Assembly (NCBI GenBank): GCA_964016885.1
Contig: OZ024742.1
Coordinates: 221,030,001 to 221,094,000 of the forward strand
Reading direction: 5' to 3'
DNA length: 64,000 nt
Origin: Eledone cirrhosa
Lineage: Eukaryota
A program made the position numbers and the translations under genes. Of this stretch, positions 13,738-27,637 are shown piece after piece; the stretch's first letter is position 1; each line of letters starts with the position of its first letter. The notes under the pieces are model-generated. The model was not told where the DNA came from and ran no database searches. It worked only from the letters and a program-made list of their open reading frames with translations.

Positions 13738-16700
13738 TAATGAGTTTGTGCACTGAGATTGGGGGTCATAGCTGGAGTAATGAGTCTGTGTACTGAGATT
13801 GGAGGGTCATAGCTGGACAACATATCCCTGTGACTGAGATTGGGGGTCATAGCTGGACAACATATCCCTGTGACTGAGATTGGGGGTCATAGCTGGAGTA
13901 ATGAGTCTGTGTACTGAGATTGGGGGTCATAGCTGGAGTAATGAGTCTGTGCACTGAGATTGGGGGTCATAGCTGGAGTAATGAGTCTGTGTACTGAGAT
14001 TGGAGGGTCATAGCTGGACAACATATCCCTGTGACTGAGATTGGGGGTCATAGCTGGACAACATATCCCTGTGACTGAGATTGGGGGTCATAGCTGGAGT
14101 AATGAGTCTGTGTACTGAGATTGGGGGTCATAGCTGGAGTAATGAGTTTGTGCACTGAGATTGGGGTCATAGCTGGAGTAATATGTCTGTGTACTGAGAT
14201 TGGGGTCATAGCTGGAGTAATGAGTCTGTGTACTGAGATTGGGGGTCATAGCTGGAGTAATATGTATGTGTACTGAGATTGGGGGTCATAGCTGGAGTAA
14301 TATGTATGTGTACTGAGATTGGGGGTCATAGCTGGAGTAAAGTGACTGTGCACTGAGATTGGGGTCATAACTGGAGTAATATGTATGTGCACTAAGATTG
14401 GGGGTCATAGCTGGAGTAATGTGTCTGTGCACTGAGATTGGGGTCATAACTGGAGTAATGTGTCTGTGTACTGAGATTGGGGTCATAACTGGAGTAATAT
14501 GTATGTGCACTGAGATTGGGGTCATAACTGGACAACATATGTCTGTGTACTGAGATTGGGGTCATAGCTGGAGTAATGTGTCTGTGTACTGAGATTGGGG
14601 GTCATAGCTGGAGTAATATGTATGTGCACTAAGATTGGGGGTCATAGCTGGAGTAATGATTCTGTGTACTGTGATTGGGGTCAGAGTTGGATAACATATG
14701 CCAGTGTACTGCGATTGGGGGTCATAGCTGGAGTAATATGTATGTGTACTGAGATTGGGGGTCATAGCTGGAGTAATGAGTCTTTGTACTGAGATTGGGG
14801 GTCATAGCTGGAGTAATGAGTCTTTGTACTGAGATTGGGGGTCATAGCTGGAGTAATGAGTCTTTGTACTGAGATTGGGGGTCATAGCTGGAGTAATGAG
14901 TCTGTGTACTGAGTTTGGGGGACATAGCTGGAGTAATGTGTCTGTGTACTGTGATTGGGGTCATAGCTGGAGTAATGTGTCTGTGTACTGAGATTGGGGG
15001 ACATAGCTGGACAACATATGTCTGTGTACTGAGATTGGGGGTCATAGCTGGAGTAATGAGTCTGTGTACTGAGATTTGGGGTCATAGCTGGAGTAATGTG
15101 TCTGTGTACTGAGTTTGGGGGACATAGCTGGTGTAATGTGTCTGTGTACTGTGATTGGGGTCATAGCTGGAGTAATGTGTCTGTGTACTGAGATTGGGGG
15201 ACATAGCTGGACAACATATGTCTGTGTACTGAGATTGGGGGTCATAGCTGGAGTAATGAGTCTGTGTACTGAGATTGGGGGGTCATAGCTAGAGTAATGA
15301 GTATGTGTACTGAGATTGGGGTCATAGCTGGGTTAATGTGTCTGTGTACTGAGATTGGGGGTCATAGCTGGAGTAATGAGTCTGTGTACTGAGATTGGGG
15401 GTCATAGCTGGAGTAATGAGTCTGTGTACTGAGATTGGGGGTCATAGCTGGAGTAATGAATTTGTGTACTGAGATTGAGGGTCATAGCTGGACAACATAT
15501 GTCTGTGTACTGAGATTGGGGGTCATAACTTGAGTAATGAGTCTGTGCACTGAGATTGGGGGTCATAGCTGGAGTAATGAGTATGTGTACTGAGATTGGG
15601 GGTCATAGCTGGAGTAATGTGTCTGTGTACTGAGATTGGGGGTCATAGCTGGAGTAATGAGTCTGTGCACTGTGATTGGTGTCAGAGCTGGACAACATAT
15701 GTCTGTGTACTGAGATTGGGGGTCATAGCTGGAGTAATAAGTCTGTATACTGAGATTGGGGTCATAGCTGAAGTAATAAGTCTGTGTACTGAGATTGGGG
15801 GTCATAGCTGGAGTAATGAGTCTGTGTACTGAGATTGGGGGTCATAGCTTGAGTAATATGTTTGTGTACTGAGATTGGGGGTCATAGCTGGAGTAATGAG
15901 TCTGTGTACTGAGATTGGGGGACTTTGCTGGAGTAATAAGTCTGTGTACTGAGATTGGGGGTCATAGCTGGAGTAATATGTATGTGTACTAAGATTGGGG
16001 GTCATAGCTGGAGTAATATGTATGTGTACTGAGATTGGGTGTCATAGCTGGAGTAATATGTCTGTGTACTGAGATTGGGGGTCATAGCTGGAGTAATGAG
16101 TCTGTGTACTGAGATTGGGGGTCATAGCTGGAGTAATATGTCTGTGTACTGAGATTGGGTGTCATAGCTGGAGTAATGAGTCTGTGCACTGAGATTGGGG
16201 GTCATAGCTGGAGTAATGAGTCTGTGTACTGAGATTGGGGGTCATAGCTGGAGTAATGAGTCTGTGTACTGAGATTGGGGTCATAGCTGGAGTAATGAGT
16301 CTGTGCACTGTGATTGGTGTCATAGCTGGACAACATATGTCTGTGTACTGAGATTGGGGGTCATAGCTGGAGTAATAAGTCTGTATACTGAGATTGGGGT
16401 CATAGCTGAAGTAATAAGTCTGTGTACTGAGATTGGGGGGTCATAGCTGGAGTAATGAGTCTGTGTACTGAGATTGGGGGTCATAGCTTGAGTAATATGT
16501 CTGTGTACTGAGATTGGGGTCATAGCTGGAGTAATGAGTCTGTGTACTGAGATTGGGGGACATAGCTGGAGTAATAAGTCTGTGAACTGAGATTGGGGGT
16601 CATAGCTGGAGTAATATGTATGTGTACTGAGATAGGGGGTCATAGCTGGAGTAATATGTATGTGTACTGAGATTGGGTGTCATAGCTGGAGTAATGAGTC

Positions 16701-17172
16701 TGTGTACTGAGATTGGGGTCATAGCTGAAGTAATAAGTCTGTGTACTGAGATTGGGGGTCATAGCTGGAGTAATGAGTCTGTGTACTGAGATTGGGGGTC
16801 ATAGCTGGAGTAATGAGTCTGTGTACTGAGATTGGGGGACATAGCTGGAGTAATGAGTCTGTGTACTGAGATTGGGGGTCAAGCTGGAGTAATATGTCTG
16901 TGTACTGAGATTGGGGGTCATAGCTGGAGTAATATGTCTGTGTACTGAGATTGGGGGTCATAGCTGGAGTAATGAGTCTGTGTACTGAGATTGGGGGACA
17001 TAGCTGGAGTAATAAGTCTGTGTACTGAGATTGGGGGTCAAGCTGGAGTAATATGTCTGTGTACTGAGATTGGGGGTCATAGCTGGAGTAATAAGTCTGT
17101 GTACTGAGATTGGGGGTCAAGCTGGAGTAATATGTCTGTGTACTGAGATTGGGGGTCATAGCTGGACAACAA
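13738..17172. repeat. 39-40-bp minisatellite (GAGATTGGGGGTCATAGCTGGAGTAATGAGTCTGTGTACT)n, about 85 copies
   Basis: Visible tandem array with a GGACAACATAT variant unit. Confidence 0.97.
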
Positions 17173-17209
17173 CTTGACACAATTTTATGTGTATTGCACT
17201 ATAGACATT

Positions 17210-17681
17210 ACCAACACCATCACCACCATTGGCCACTACCACTGTCACAACCAATGCTGTCATTTACACCCCTACCACCAAAACCACCATCAAGACCACC
17301 ACCACCAACACCAACACCACCACCACCACCATCACCACCACCACTGTCACCACCAACACCATTACCAACACCACCAACATCACCACCACCACTGTCACCA
17401 ACACCACCACCAACACCACCATCACCACCACCGTCACCGACACCACCACCACCGTCACCAAAACTACCCCCACCACTGTCACCAACACCACTACCAACAT
17501 TGTCATCAACAGTAATATTGGAAATCAACAGTAAACAATGTAGGTAAACACACACATACACATATATACATGCACACACATAACTCTCACATATACAGAC
17601 CTGCATGCACTCGCATACACATTCACATATACATACACATACAAACCACCAACCAGCACAACAAAACACTACACACACACA

Positions 17682-17726
<45 letters not shown>

Positions 17727-17802
17727 GGAAAACAAGAGCAACAGCAGCAGCAGCAGCAACAAGAACAACAGCAGCAACACTAGCATCAACAACAGCAACA
17801 CC

Positions 17803-17877
<75 letters not shown>

Positions 17878-17952
17878 GCAGCACCAACAACAACAGCAAC
17901 AGCAGCAGCAGCAGCAGCAACAACAACAGCAACAACAACAACAACAGCAAAA

Positions 17953-17984
<32 letters not shown>

Positions 17985-18273
17985 ACAGCAAAAGCAGCAA
18001 CAACAACAGCAACAACAACAACAACAGCAACAACAACAACAACAGCAGCACCAACAACAACAGCAAAACAACAGCAGCAGCAGCAGCAGCAACAACAACA
18101 GCAACAGCAAAAGCAGCAACAACAACAGCAACAACAACAACAACAGCAACAACAACAACAACAGCAGTAACAACAACAATAAACCAAGCAAGAACACAAT
18201 CAAGATTACCATTTGTCATACACTAGCTGAATCTACCACTGACACAATTGGATGTGAGAACAATCTGTTGACC

Positions 18274-18308
<35 letters not shown>

Positions 18309-18518
18309 CACCAATACTACTACTACTACTATTACCACCACCACTAATACTACTACTACCACCACCACCAATACTACTACTACTACTACCACCACCACCA
18401 ATACTACTACTACTACCACCACCACCAATACTACTACTACCACCACCACCACCAATACTACTATTACTACCACCACCACCACCACCAATACTACTACTAC
18501 TACTACCACCACCATTAA

Positions 18519-18562
<44 letters not shown>

Positions 18563-18583
18563 TACCACTACCACCACCACCAA

Positions 18584-18615
<32 letters not shown>

Positions 18616-18720
18616 TACCACCACCAACAATACTACTACTACTACCACCACCACCACCAATACTACTACTACTACTACTACTACTACTACCTCTACTATT
18701 ATCAATTACAATAATAATCA
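17210..18720. repeat. Compound microsatellite block (ACC, AC, CAG/CAA, ACT/ACC)
   Basis: Visible. Confidence 0.95.
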
Positions 18721-19056
18721 TAATAGTGGATGCTAAATGTAGTTTTCTCTCCTGGATGGTGGATGTATTAAACAGGCATCGTTGCAGTTTTTGTTGAGAT
18801 TCATCATCATTTTCACAGTTTAACGTCTATTTTCCATGCTTGCATAGGTTACAAACAAACTGAAGAGAGGGAGAGACGGGGAAAGAGAAGGGGAGAGAGA
18901 GGGGAAAGTGAGGGGAGAGTGAGAAAGAGAGTGGAAGAGTGAGGTGGAGGGAGGGGGAGTGAGGGAGAGAGAGAGAAACAAAACACACATACTCACACAC
19001 ATAGATAGTTAGACAGACAGAGAGACAGACACATACACAAGGAAGAAAAATCGAGA

Positions 19057-19620
19057 ATGTCTTATATTCAGAAAGTGGACAACTGGGATGTAACCAGGGT
19101 TAAGAAAGACACAGACCATGTCACCATTTCTGAAAAATCAAAAAAACACAGCAAACATAGCAAATCCAAGAAATCTCACTCCAACTCCATTTACACATGT
19201 GGCCTTGAACCATCTCCATCATCATCATCATCATCACCACCACCACCACCACCACCACCACCGGATTTCCATTTTCAGAACCCTCAGCTGCCTGAGCTGG
19301 AATCAACTCCTAACAATCCCTATAGATCAAATTCTGAACGGCCATTACACGGTAAAGATAAGAAAAATTGTGCCAACTCTGCTGTCCAGAAACCCAGTCT
19401 CAGTACTTTTAAGCCTCCACCCTCAACACCACCACCCTCCAAATCAGAAAGAGTTAACCCTCCAAATCCTTATATTGTACCTGTGGAAAGCTGTATTCGT
19501 CAACCACCTGTAGCAACAATACAAACAAGGTGTGAGCCTTCTGAAAATCCAGGTTGGGCCAAGCAAAAATATAAGAAATGTGTGGAAAAAGTTACTGAAA
19601 ACCCATTCCGAATTACAAAG
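19057..19620 (+). CDS. Candidate first coding exon of an unidentified gene (Lys/Ser/Pro-rich, 188 codons)
   Basis: Open non-TE frame from ATG with protein-like composition, ending at AAG|GTTTGT (phase 0 donor). No downstream exon identified. Confidence 0.45.
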
Positions 19621-20911
19621 GTTTGTTGTTGCTTTTTTGTACTTTTAATATTTTGTGGAGTGCCATGTTCAAGCAGGAGTGAGTATTGAAAAGTTCTCAG
19701 CTTTACCAATTTCCCAAAACTTTTCAGCAGCACCTTCAATATAAGAGGAGCTGCTGAAAATGAAATTGGAAAATGACTTAACTCTTTCGTTACCATATTT
19801 CTAATAAAATAAACTGTCTATAGTTTTGAAAATTATCAAGAATTTGTAATATAAATAAATCCCTTATTATTAAGCTGCTATATGAAACAAAGGTTCTTAC
19901 ATAAAATTATAATGGAAGGAAGGTTTTTAGATAAATATAAATACTTTCTAATAAACTGTTATAAATCAAGGCTGGTTTCAGGCAGTTTGATATCAAAAGG
20001 GTTAAGCCAAGAACTCCTTATATATATCTGAGTCATGAATGTATCTCATATTGAAAGTGTTATATATTGTTATCAGGTAAAACCATTACATCTGACTATT
20101 TAACCACCGATCATATTTTAATAATATACACTGTATTTCAATTAATGAAGAATTTCGTGGGATTTACTCAAATTATTAATTCTTTCATTATAAAGATAGA
20201 ATTTGTAATATAACTTTATGAAAAGTTCTTATATCAAATTTTTTGGTAAGTTTTTAATTTAATAGGAGTTCATTAAAAGGGGTGGATTTAGTTCATGGAA
20301 TAAGAAGCAGTTTTAGGTAGGTATTAATAGAGTTAAATCTATTTTTTTTTAATCATTAGTTTTACCCTTTTGATGCTAACCCACCTGAGGCCACCTTTGT
20401 TCTATGATACAAAAATATTTTCAAGATTTTGCCCCAAACTGCCGCTGGTTTTATGGTACAAAATTGTTCATTTAAAATTTTCTATATTTAGAATTTTAAA
20501 AATTCTACTATAATCTTATGTAAGAACCTTTTATTGAGATATGTTCTAAACACCAGATTAATAATGACTTGGAAATTATTGGCAGTTTTCCATTAGAAAT
20601 ATTGTAATGAAAGGGTAAAAGCATAATCCTTCATTATAATTTTATGTAAGAATCTTTTATTAAATTATGTCCCAAATACCAGCATTCATTATAAAATAGA
20701 AGTTTGCTAATTTGACTAAATCACTTTAAATTCTTGATTATTTTCAAAAGGAATGACAACATAATAGGTGCGTAATTCTTTAGAACAATGGTCACAAAAT
20801 GGTTAACAGCATTTGGGTCTAGATACATAGTTAGACTTATAGAAAATGGAGTTTGCTGAGTGACTGCTGTTGTTGGATAATGGCTGTTGAATTATAATTG
20901 AGTGGAATCAA

Positions 20912-21105
20912 ATAATTATTTCTACTTTTGGCACAAGGCCAGCAATTATCCCAGTGCATTACTGGTACTTTATTTTATCGACCCCGTAAGGATGAAAGGC
21001 AAAGTTAACCTCGTCGGGATTTGAACTCAGACCATAAAGGGCCGTAACTCTATGCTGCAAAGCATGGCGTCCGACTCTCTACCGATACTGCTAATTCACC
21101 GCCCT
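20912..21105 (-). mobile_element. SINE family A
   Basis: Full copy, head-to-head with a partial + copy at 21160-21251. Confidence 0.85.
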
Positions 21106-21251
21106 TGAGTGGAATCAAATAATATTTATGTCTTTACAACCAATGCAATCTGTGTGTCAGTGAATTGGCAGTATTGGTAGAGGGTCGGACGCCATGCTTT
21201 GCAGCAAAGAGTTCCGGCCCTTTATGGTCTGAGTTCAAATCCCACCGAGAA

Positions 21252-21451
21252 NNNNNNNNNNNNNNNNNNNNNNNNNNNNNNNNNNNNNNNNNNNNNNNNN
21301 NNNNNNNNNNNNNNNNNNNNNNNNNNNNNNNNNNNNNNNNNNNNNNNNNNNNNNNNNNNNNNNNNNNNNNNNNNNNNNNNNNNNNNNNNNNNNNNNNNNN
21401 NNNNNNNNNNNNNNNNNNNNNNNNNNNNNNNNNNNNNNNNNNNNNNNNNNN
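21252..21451. other. Assembly gap (200 N)
   Basis: Run of n. Confidence 1.
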
Positions 21452-21692
21452 TATACATACATATATATATATACATATATATATATACATATATATATAT
21501 ACATATATATATATACATATATATATATACATATATATATATACATATATATATATACATATATATATATACATATATATATACATATATATATATATAC
21601 ATATATATATATACATACATATATATATACATACATATATATATATACATACATATATATATATACATATATATATATACATATATATATAC

Positions 21693-21725
<33 letters not shown>

Positions 21726-22079
21726 CATACATATATATATATATATACATACATATACATACATATACATACATATACATACATATATATACATACATAC
21801 ATATATATATATATAGAAACATACATATATATATATATATATACATACATATACATACATATACATACATATATATATATATAGAAACATACATATATAT
21901 ATATATATATACATACATATACATACATATATATATATATACATACATATACATACATATATATATATATACATACATATATATATATACATATATATAT
22001 ATACATACATATATATATATATACATACATATATATATATACATATATATATATACATACATATATATATATATACATA

Positions 22080-22114
<35 letters not shown>

Positions 22115-22388
22115 GTATACATACATATATATATACATATATATATATATATACATATATATATACATATATATATATATATACATATATATATACATAT
22201 ATATATATATATACATATATATATACATATATATATACATATATATATATATATACATATATATATACATATATATATACATATATATATATATACATAT
22301 ATATATACATATATATATACATACATATATATATACATATATATATACATACATATATATATACATATATATATACATATATATATAC

Positions 22389-22469
<81 letters not shown>

Positions 22470-22650
22470 CATATATATATACATATATATATATATATAC
22501 ATATATATATACATATATATATATATATACATACATATATATATATACATATATATATACATATATATATACATATATATATATACATATATATATATAC
22601 ATATATATATACATATATATATATACATATATATATACATATATATATAC

Positions 22651-22739
<89 letters not shown>

Positions 22740-22768
22740 CATATATATATACATACATATATATATAC

Positions 22769-22799
<31 letters not shown>

Positions 22800-22803
22800 C
22801 ATA
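21452..22803. repeat. (TA)n/(TACA) microsatellite
   Basis: Visible. Similar tracts at 23292-23738, 26747-26900, 27317-27490 and 52714-53048. Confidence 0.98.
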
Positions 22804-23290
22804 TTGTTATACTTTGGGAGGGTCATGTTGCCAATAAGAAACACACGCACCAGTTGCTTTCACTTCAATTTAATTTAATATATATTTATAAATTTACAAA
22901 TTTATAAATTTCTGGTTGGAAATATATATACATCATCATCATCATCATCATCACCGTTTTACGTCCGTTCTTCCACGCTAGCATGGGTTAGACGGGTTGT
23001 CCTGTTGTGGGCAGTGTCTGGTCGGCTGACCATGCCTTGCTCATACAGGAACTGATCTGGCTTGATTTCTACAGCTGGATGCCCTTCCTAACACCAACCT
23101 CATTTACAGTGAGTGCTGGGTGCTTTTTCGTGGCGCCTACACGTCCACTTTACAGTGTGGGCTGGGTGCTTTTTTGCCGTGGCACCTCCACGACCACCTT
23201 GCGGTGGGGGGGGGGGGGCATATTGTTTATATGCTTCAGCATGTACCCATGGGAGGTCGGGTACCCTGTATTACTGCGTGACGCCAGAAG

Positions 23291-23322
<32 letters not shown>

Positions 23323-23333
23323 CATATATATAC

Positions 23334-23370
<37 letters not shown>

Positions 23371-23499
23371 CATATATATACATATATATATATATACATA
23401 TATATACATATATATACATATATATATACATATATATATATATACATATATATATATACATATATATATATACATATATATATATACATATATATATAC

Positions 23500-23597
<98 letters not shown>

Positions 23598-23601
23598 ATA
23601 C

Positions 23602-23712
<111 letters not shown>

Positions 23713-23739
23713 CATATATACATATATATATATATATAC

Positions 23740-26273
23740 AGCAAACCTGCTGTTGGCGACAGACGAGGTCTGTGGCTGGAGCAGGCCTGTAGGCAGGAGG
23801 AGAGTAACATGGTGGTGGAACAGTAAGGTGGAGGGGTCAATTAAGGCCAAAAAGCAGGCTTGGAAAGTATGGCGGGATGGGGGAAGTAGAGAGGACTATC
23901 AAGTGGCCAGGAGGGAAGCTAGGAGACAAGTGTACTTAGCAAGAAGGGAAGCTGAGGAAAGAAAGTTCAAGCATGTTCTACAACGCGATGACCAAAAACG
24001 TGAGGTGTTCAGGATTGCTAGGCAATGCGTCAAGGAAAACCGTGATATTGTCGGGGAGAAGTGTGTACTAAACGACGATGGCACACTTGCCATCACCGAC
24101 GCTGATAAGAAGGTAGCTTGGAAGTGTCACTATGAAAGGCTTCTAAATGAGGAGAATAATTGGGAGAAAGGCAGTCTCCCCCATATCGACCCAATAGAGG
24201 GACCAGCAGTGTTAGTCGAGGGGAGTATAATAAGTAAGGCAATCAAGGATATGAAGACTGGTAAGGCGGCTGGGCCTTCGGAAATAGTTGCTGAGATGCT
24301 GAAGGCATCTGACACGGTGGGACACACCATGGTCACCCGCATAGTTAACCAAGTCGTACAGAATGGGGTTGTTCCGAAGGACTGGCATAGCAGCATCATC
24401 GTTAACTGTTATAAGGGTAAAGGAGACGCCCTAGATAGGAGTAACTATAGAGGCATTAAATTAATCGACCAGGTCATGAAGGTCACGGAAAGAGTAATAG
24501 CGCAACTAATCAGAGAGAGAATTGACCTAGATGAAATGCAGTTCGGGTTTGTGTCAGGCAAAAGTACCATAGACGCTCTTTTCATAGTACGACAACTACA
24601 GGAGAAGTACCTAGCTAAAGGTAAACCCCTCTACTTAGCTTTTGTCGACTTGGAGAAAGCCTTCGACAGAGTCCCCCGCTCCATTATCTGGTGGGCTCTT
24701 AGAAAACTAGGCGTTGACGAATGGCTTGTGAGGGCTATACAAGCCATGTATAAAGAAACAGTCAGCAAGGTTAGAATTAACAACGAATATAGTGAAGAGT
24801 TTAGCGTAAAAGTTGGCGTCCATCAGGGCTCTGTTCTCAGTCCACTACTATTTATTATTGCCCTTCAGGCTATAACAGAGGAGTTCAAGACAGGCTGCCC
24901 ATGGGAACTCCTATACGCAGACGACCTGACACTCATAGCGGAATCAATGGCCGAGCTAGAGAAGAAATTCCAAACATGGAAGCACGGCCTAGAGTCAAAA
25001 GGACTTAAAATTAACCTGGCTAAGACCAAAGTACTAGTTTGTAGGAAAGAAAACAAGGCGGCGGTCCCTTCTGGGAAATGGTCGTGCTCGGTGTGTAGGA
25101 AAGGCGTAGGTAGAAACTCCATTTTATGTCCTAAATGCAAAGTATGGGTGCATAAAAGATGTAGTGGGATCACAGGTAAGCTAACTAAGAACATAGATTT
25201 TACATGTGGCCGGTGCTCTGGTGCAATAAGTAGCAGCAAGTGCCCACAAACTACTAGCTCTTTCAATTGCGCAGAGGGTTCTATAGAAATAGTGGACAGC
25301 TTCCGTTACCTGGGCGATAAAATCAGCAGTGGGGGAGGGTGCTCTGAAAGTACTGTAGCTAGAGTCAGAACTGGTTGGAAAAAGTTCAGAGAGCTTATAC
25401 CACTATTAGCTGCTAAAGGGTTCTCACTAAAAATGAAAGGCAGGTTGTACGATGCCTGCATACGAACAGCAATGCTGCATGGCAGTGAGACCTGGGCATT
25501 GTGTGCAGAGGATATACGCAGACTAGAGAGGAACGAAGCTTGCATGCTCCGCTGGATGTGTAACAGTAATATACGTGAACGGCAAAGCATAAACGAACTA
25601 AAGAAAAAATTAGAGATAAGAGGGATCAGATGTTGTTTACTCGAGAGAAGGCTACGTTGGTATGGACACGTGATGCGCATGAAAGTCGATAGCTGTATAA
25701 CAAAGTGCAGGGCAATAAAGATAGACGGTAGTCACGGAATAGGCAGACCTAGAAAAACCTGGGACGAGCTGATAAACTCCGACATCACACACTTACACCT
25801 CTCCAAGACAATGTCACTGGACCGAGACCTTTGGCGGTACTCAGTAACAGAGAAGACCCGCCTTACCTAAATATATAGTAAAACCTACTCCAGCCAGTAG
25901 GCATCTCTAACAAAATACACCCCGTCCCACCACCCCCACCCCCACCCGATCCACACCACCCCGTTCTATGTAAAGTTATGTTGGTGCCGCGCCATCGAGG
26001 CCGAAACAAATGAGATCGTGTAGGTGTCACGACAAAAAAACACACAGTCCACGCTGTAATGTGGCCGTGTAGGCAACACGGTAAAAACCTCCCAGACCCA
26101 CACTGTAAATGTGGTTGGTGTTAGGAAGGGCATCCAACTGTAGAAAACCTGCCAGACAGTCCTATGCGAGCAAGACAATCACTCTTGCCTCAAGTGGGAC
26201 TACCCCCGTCCAAACCCATGCAAGCGTGGAACACGGACGTTAAACGTTGATGATGATGATGATGATGATGATA
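23740..26273 (+). mobile_element. 5'-truncated RTE-clade LINE with 3' UTR and (GAT)n tail
   Basis: Starts at a TA tract, contains an intact RT ORF, 3' UTR 25871-26248 and a (GAT)n tail at 26249-26273. Confidence 0.93.
23753..25870 (+). CDS. RTE reverse transcriptase ORF (no endonuclease domain), with an internal PHD-type zinc finger
   Basis: [55 protein letters not shown]4HC3 cluster CSVC..CPKC..HKRC..CGRC. Confidence 0.9.
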   Translation: MATDEVCGWSRPVGRRRVTWWWNSKVEGSIKAKKQAWKVWRDGGSREDYQVARREARRQVYLARREAEERKFKHVLQRDDQKREVFRIARQCVKENRDIVGEKCVLNDDGTLAITDADKKVAWKCHYERLLNEENNWEKGSLPHIDPIEGPAVLVEGSIISKAIKDMKTGKAAGPSEIVAEMLKASDTVGHTMVTRIVNQVVQNGVVPKDWHSSIIVNCYKGKGDALDRSNYRGIKLIDQVMKVTERVIAQLIRERIDLDEMQFGFVSGKSTIDALFIVRQLQEKYLAKGKPLYLAFVDLEKAFDRVPRSIIWWALRKLGVDEWLVRAIQAMYKETVSKVRINNEYSEEFSVKVGVHQGSVLSPLLFIIALQAITEEFKTGCPWELLYADDLTLIAESMAELEKKFQTWKHGLESKGLKINLAKTKVLVCRKENKAAVPSGKWSCSVCRKGVGRNSILCPKCKVWVHKRCSGITGKLTKNIDFTCGRCSGAISSSKCPQTTSSFNCAEGSIEIVDSFRYLGDKISSGGGCSESTVARVRTGWKKFRELIPLLAAKGFSLKMKGRLYDACIRTAMLHGSETWALCAEDIRRLERNEACMLRWMCNSNIRERQSINELKKKLEIRGIRCCLLERRLRWYGHVMRMKVDSCITKCRAIKIDGSHGIGRPRKTWDELINSDITHLHLSKTMSLDRDLWRYSVTEKTRLT

Positions 26274-26284
26274 CATATATATAT

Positions 26285-26501
26285 AAAGTTCTAGTTTGTA
26301 AGAAAGAAAATAAGGCAGCGGTCCCATCCAGGAAGTGGCCATGCTCAGTGTGTAGGAAAGGCGTAGGTAGAAACTCCATTTTGTGTCCCAAATGCAAAGT
26401 ATGGGTGCATAAAAGATGTAGTGGGATCACAGGTAAGCTAACTAAGAACATAGATTTTATATGTGGCCGGTGCTCTGGTGCAATAAGTAGCAGCAAGTGC
26501 A
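26285..26501 (+). mobile_element. Short RTE fragment covering only the zinc-finger region
   Basis: Near-identical to about 25028-25243. Confidence 0.8.
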
Positions 26502-26742
26502 CACTAAATTTTTCCTGACACTCATTTGCATACTCACTCATAACTTTGTATCACCCTCAATAATATATTATCTCCAATATCCAGGGTACTTCAACCGTTA
26601 AGGTTGTCTTTTTTCTGGGTATGTCAATATTTATTTATAAAACAAATCTGTATTTTATCTGATGAAAGCGCACCATAATTTGCCTTGGTTGCCCTTGAAA
26701 TATATATACAATAATTATGGTTTTACAAATAGTTTCCATTTA

Positions 26743-26790
<48 letters not shown>

Positions 26791-26821
26791 CATATATATA
26801 TACATATATATATATACATAC

Positions 26822-26899
<78 letters not shown>

Positions 26900-26901
<2 letters not shown>

Positions 26902-27313
26902 GGTGGTGGCTGCCAACTCGTTTTCAAGTATGGCCACTACTTTATATCCATGTAAGAGAACCCCTACCGATGCGCTGAATGAGTGTGACTTTTTAGTCCA
27001 GCCAGCGACTTGAAAACTCTGGTACAAACACTACACTTGTGACAATTATTGACACAGTGCTGGGCCCATGGTACCATGTGACGACAAGTGCAGAGAGATC
27101 TCCAGATATAAAGCAATGCCTGTACCGTGAAGCTTTTATAGTGAGCAAAGGCACTGCACAAAGCCAGTCCCACTCTCTTAACCAAGATGATATTTACCAA
27201 AAAGAAGAACAAGTCAACATCATTGGATACCATCGGGGTGGCAGGTGTTATATCAGAGTTTTCCTTCTCCTAGAATTCTGCCTTGACAAAGGCTAAGGGG
27301 TCATCTCTCCCCA
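26900..27313 (-). mobile_element. Short RTE-derived element between TA tracts, ending in a C2H2 finger
   Basis: Minus-strand translation ends [23 protein letters not shown]. The 5' part has GGAGAAGGAAAACTCTG, reminiscent of RTE 5' UTRs. Confidence 0.5.
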
Positions 27314-27405
27314 TATGTATATATATACATACATATATATATATACATATATACATATATATATATATACATATATACATATATATATATATATACATAT
27401 ACACA

Positions 27406-27457
<52 letters not shown>

Positions 27458-27593
27458 GTAGCGAAGCAATATATATATATATATATATATAGTAATAATA
27501 ATAAATTTCAAGACTAAAATTCAAAGAGGGCTCGAAGATCCCGTTAAGGGTGAAAGCAGCGATTCTTTGCTTAAACTTTAATTTATTATTTTA

Positions 27594-27635
<42 letters not shown>

Positions 27636-27637
<2 letters not shown>

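Noticed and set aside
13738-17172. CRISPR-like regular repeats
   Set aside because: Head-to-tail units without unique spacers, no cas genes, and a eukaryotic context.
17149-18714. Poly-Q/T/H/C ORFs
   Set aside because: Translations of trinucleotide and dinucleotide microsatellites.
27522-27580. HHR-like motif GAAGA-TCCC-GTTAA-GGGT-GAAAG (second copy at 48140-48187, minus strand), next to (TA)n
   Set aside because: The core is not CUGANGA in either copy and there is no correctly placed NUH triplet. It may be a decayed repeat end, but a ribozyme call is unsupported.
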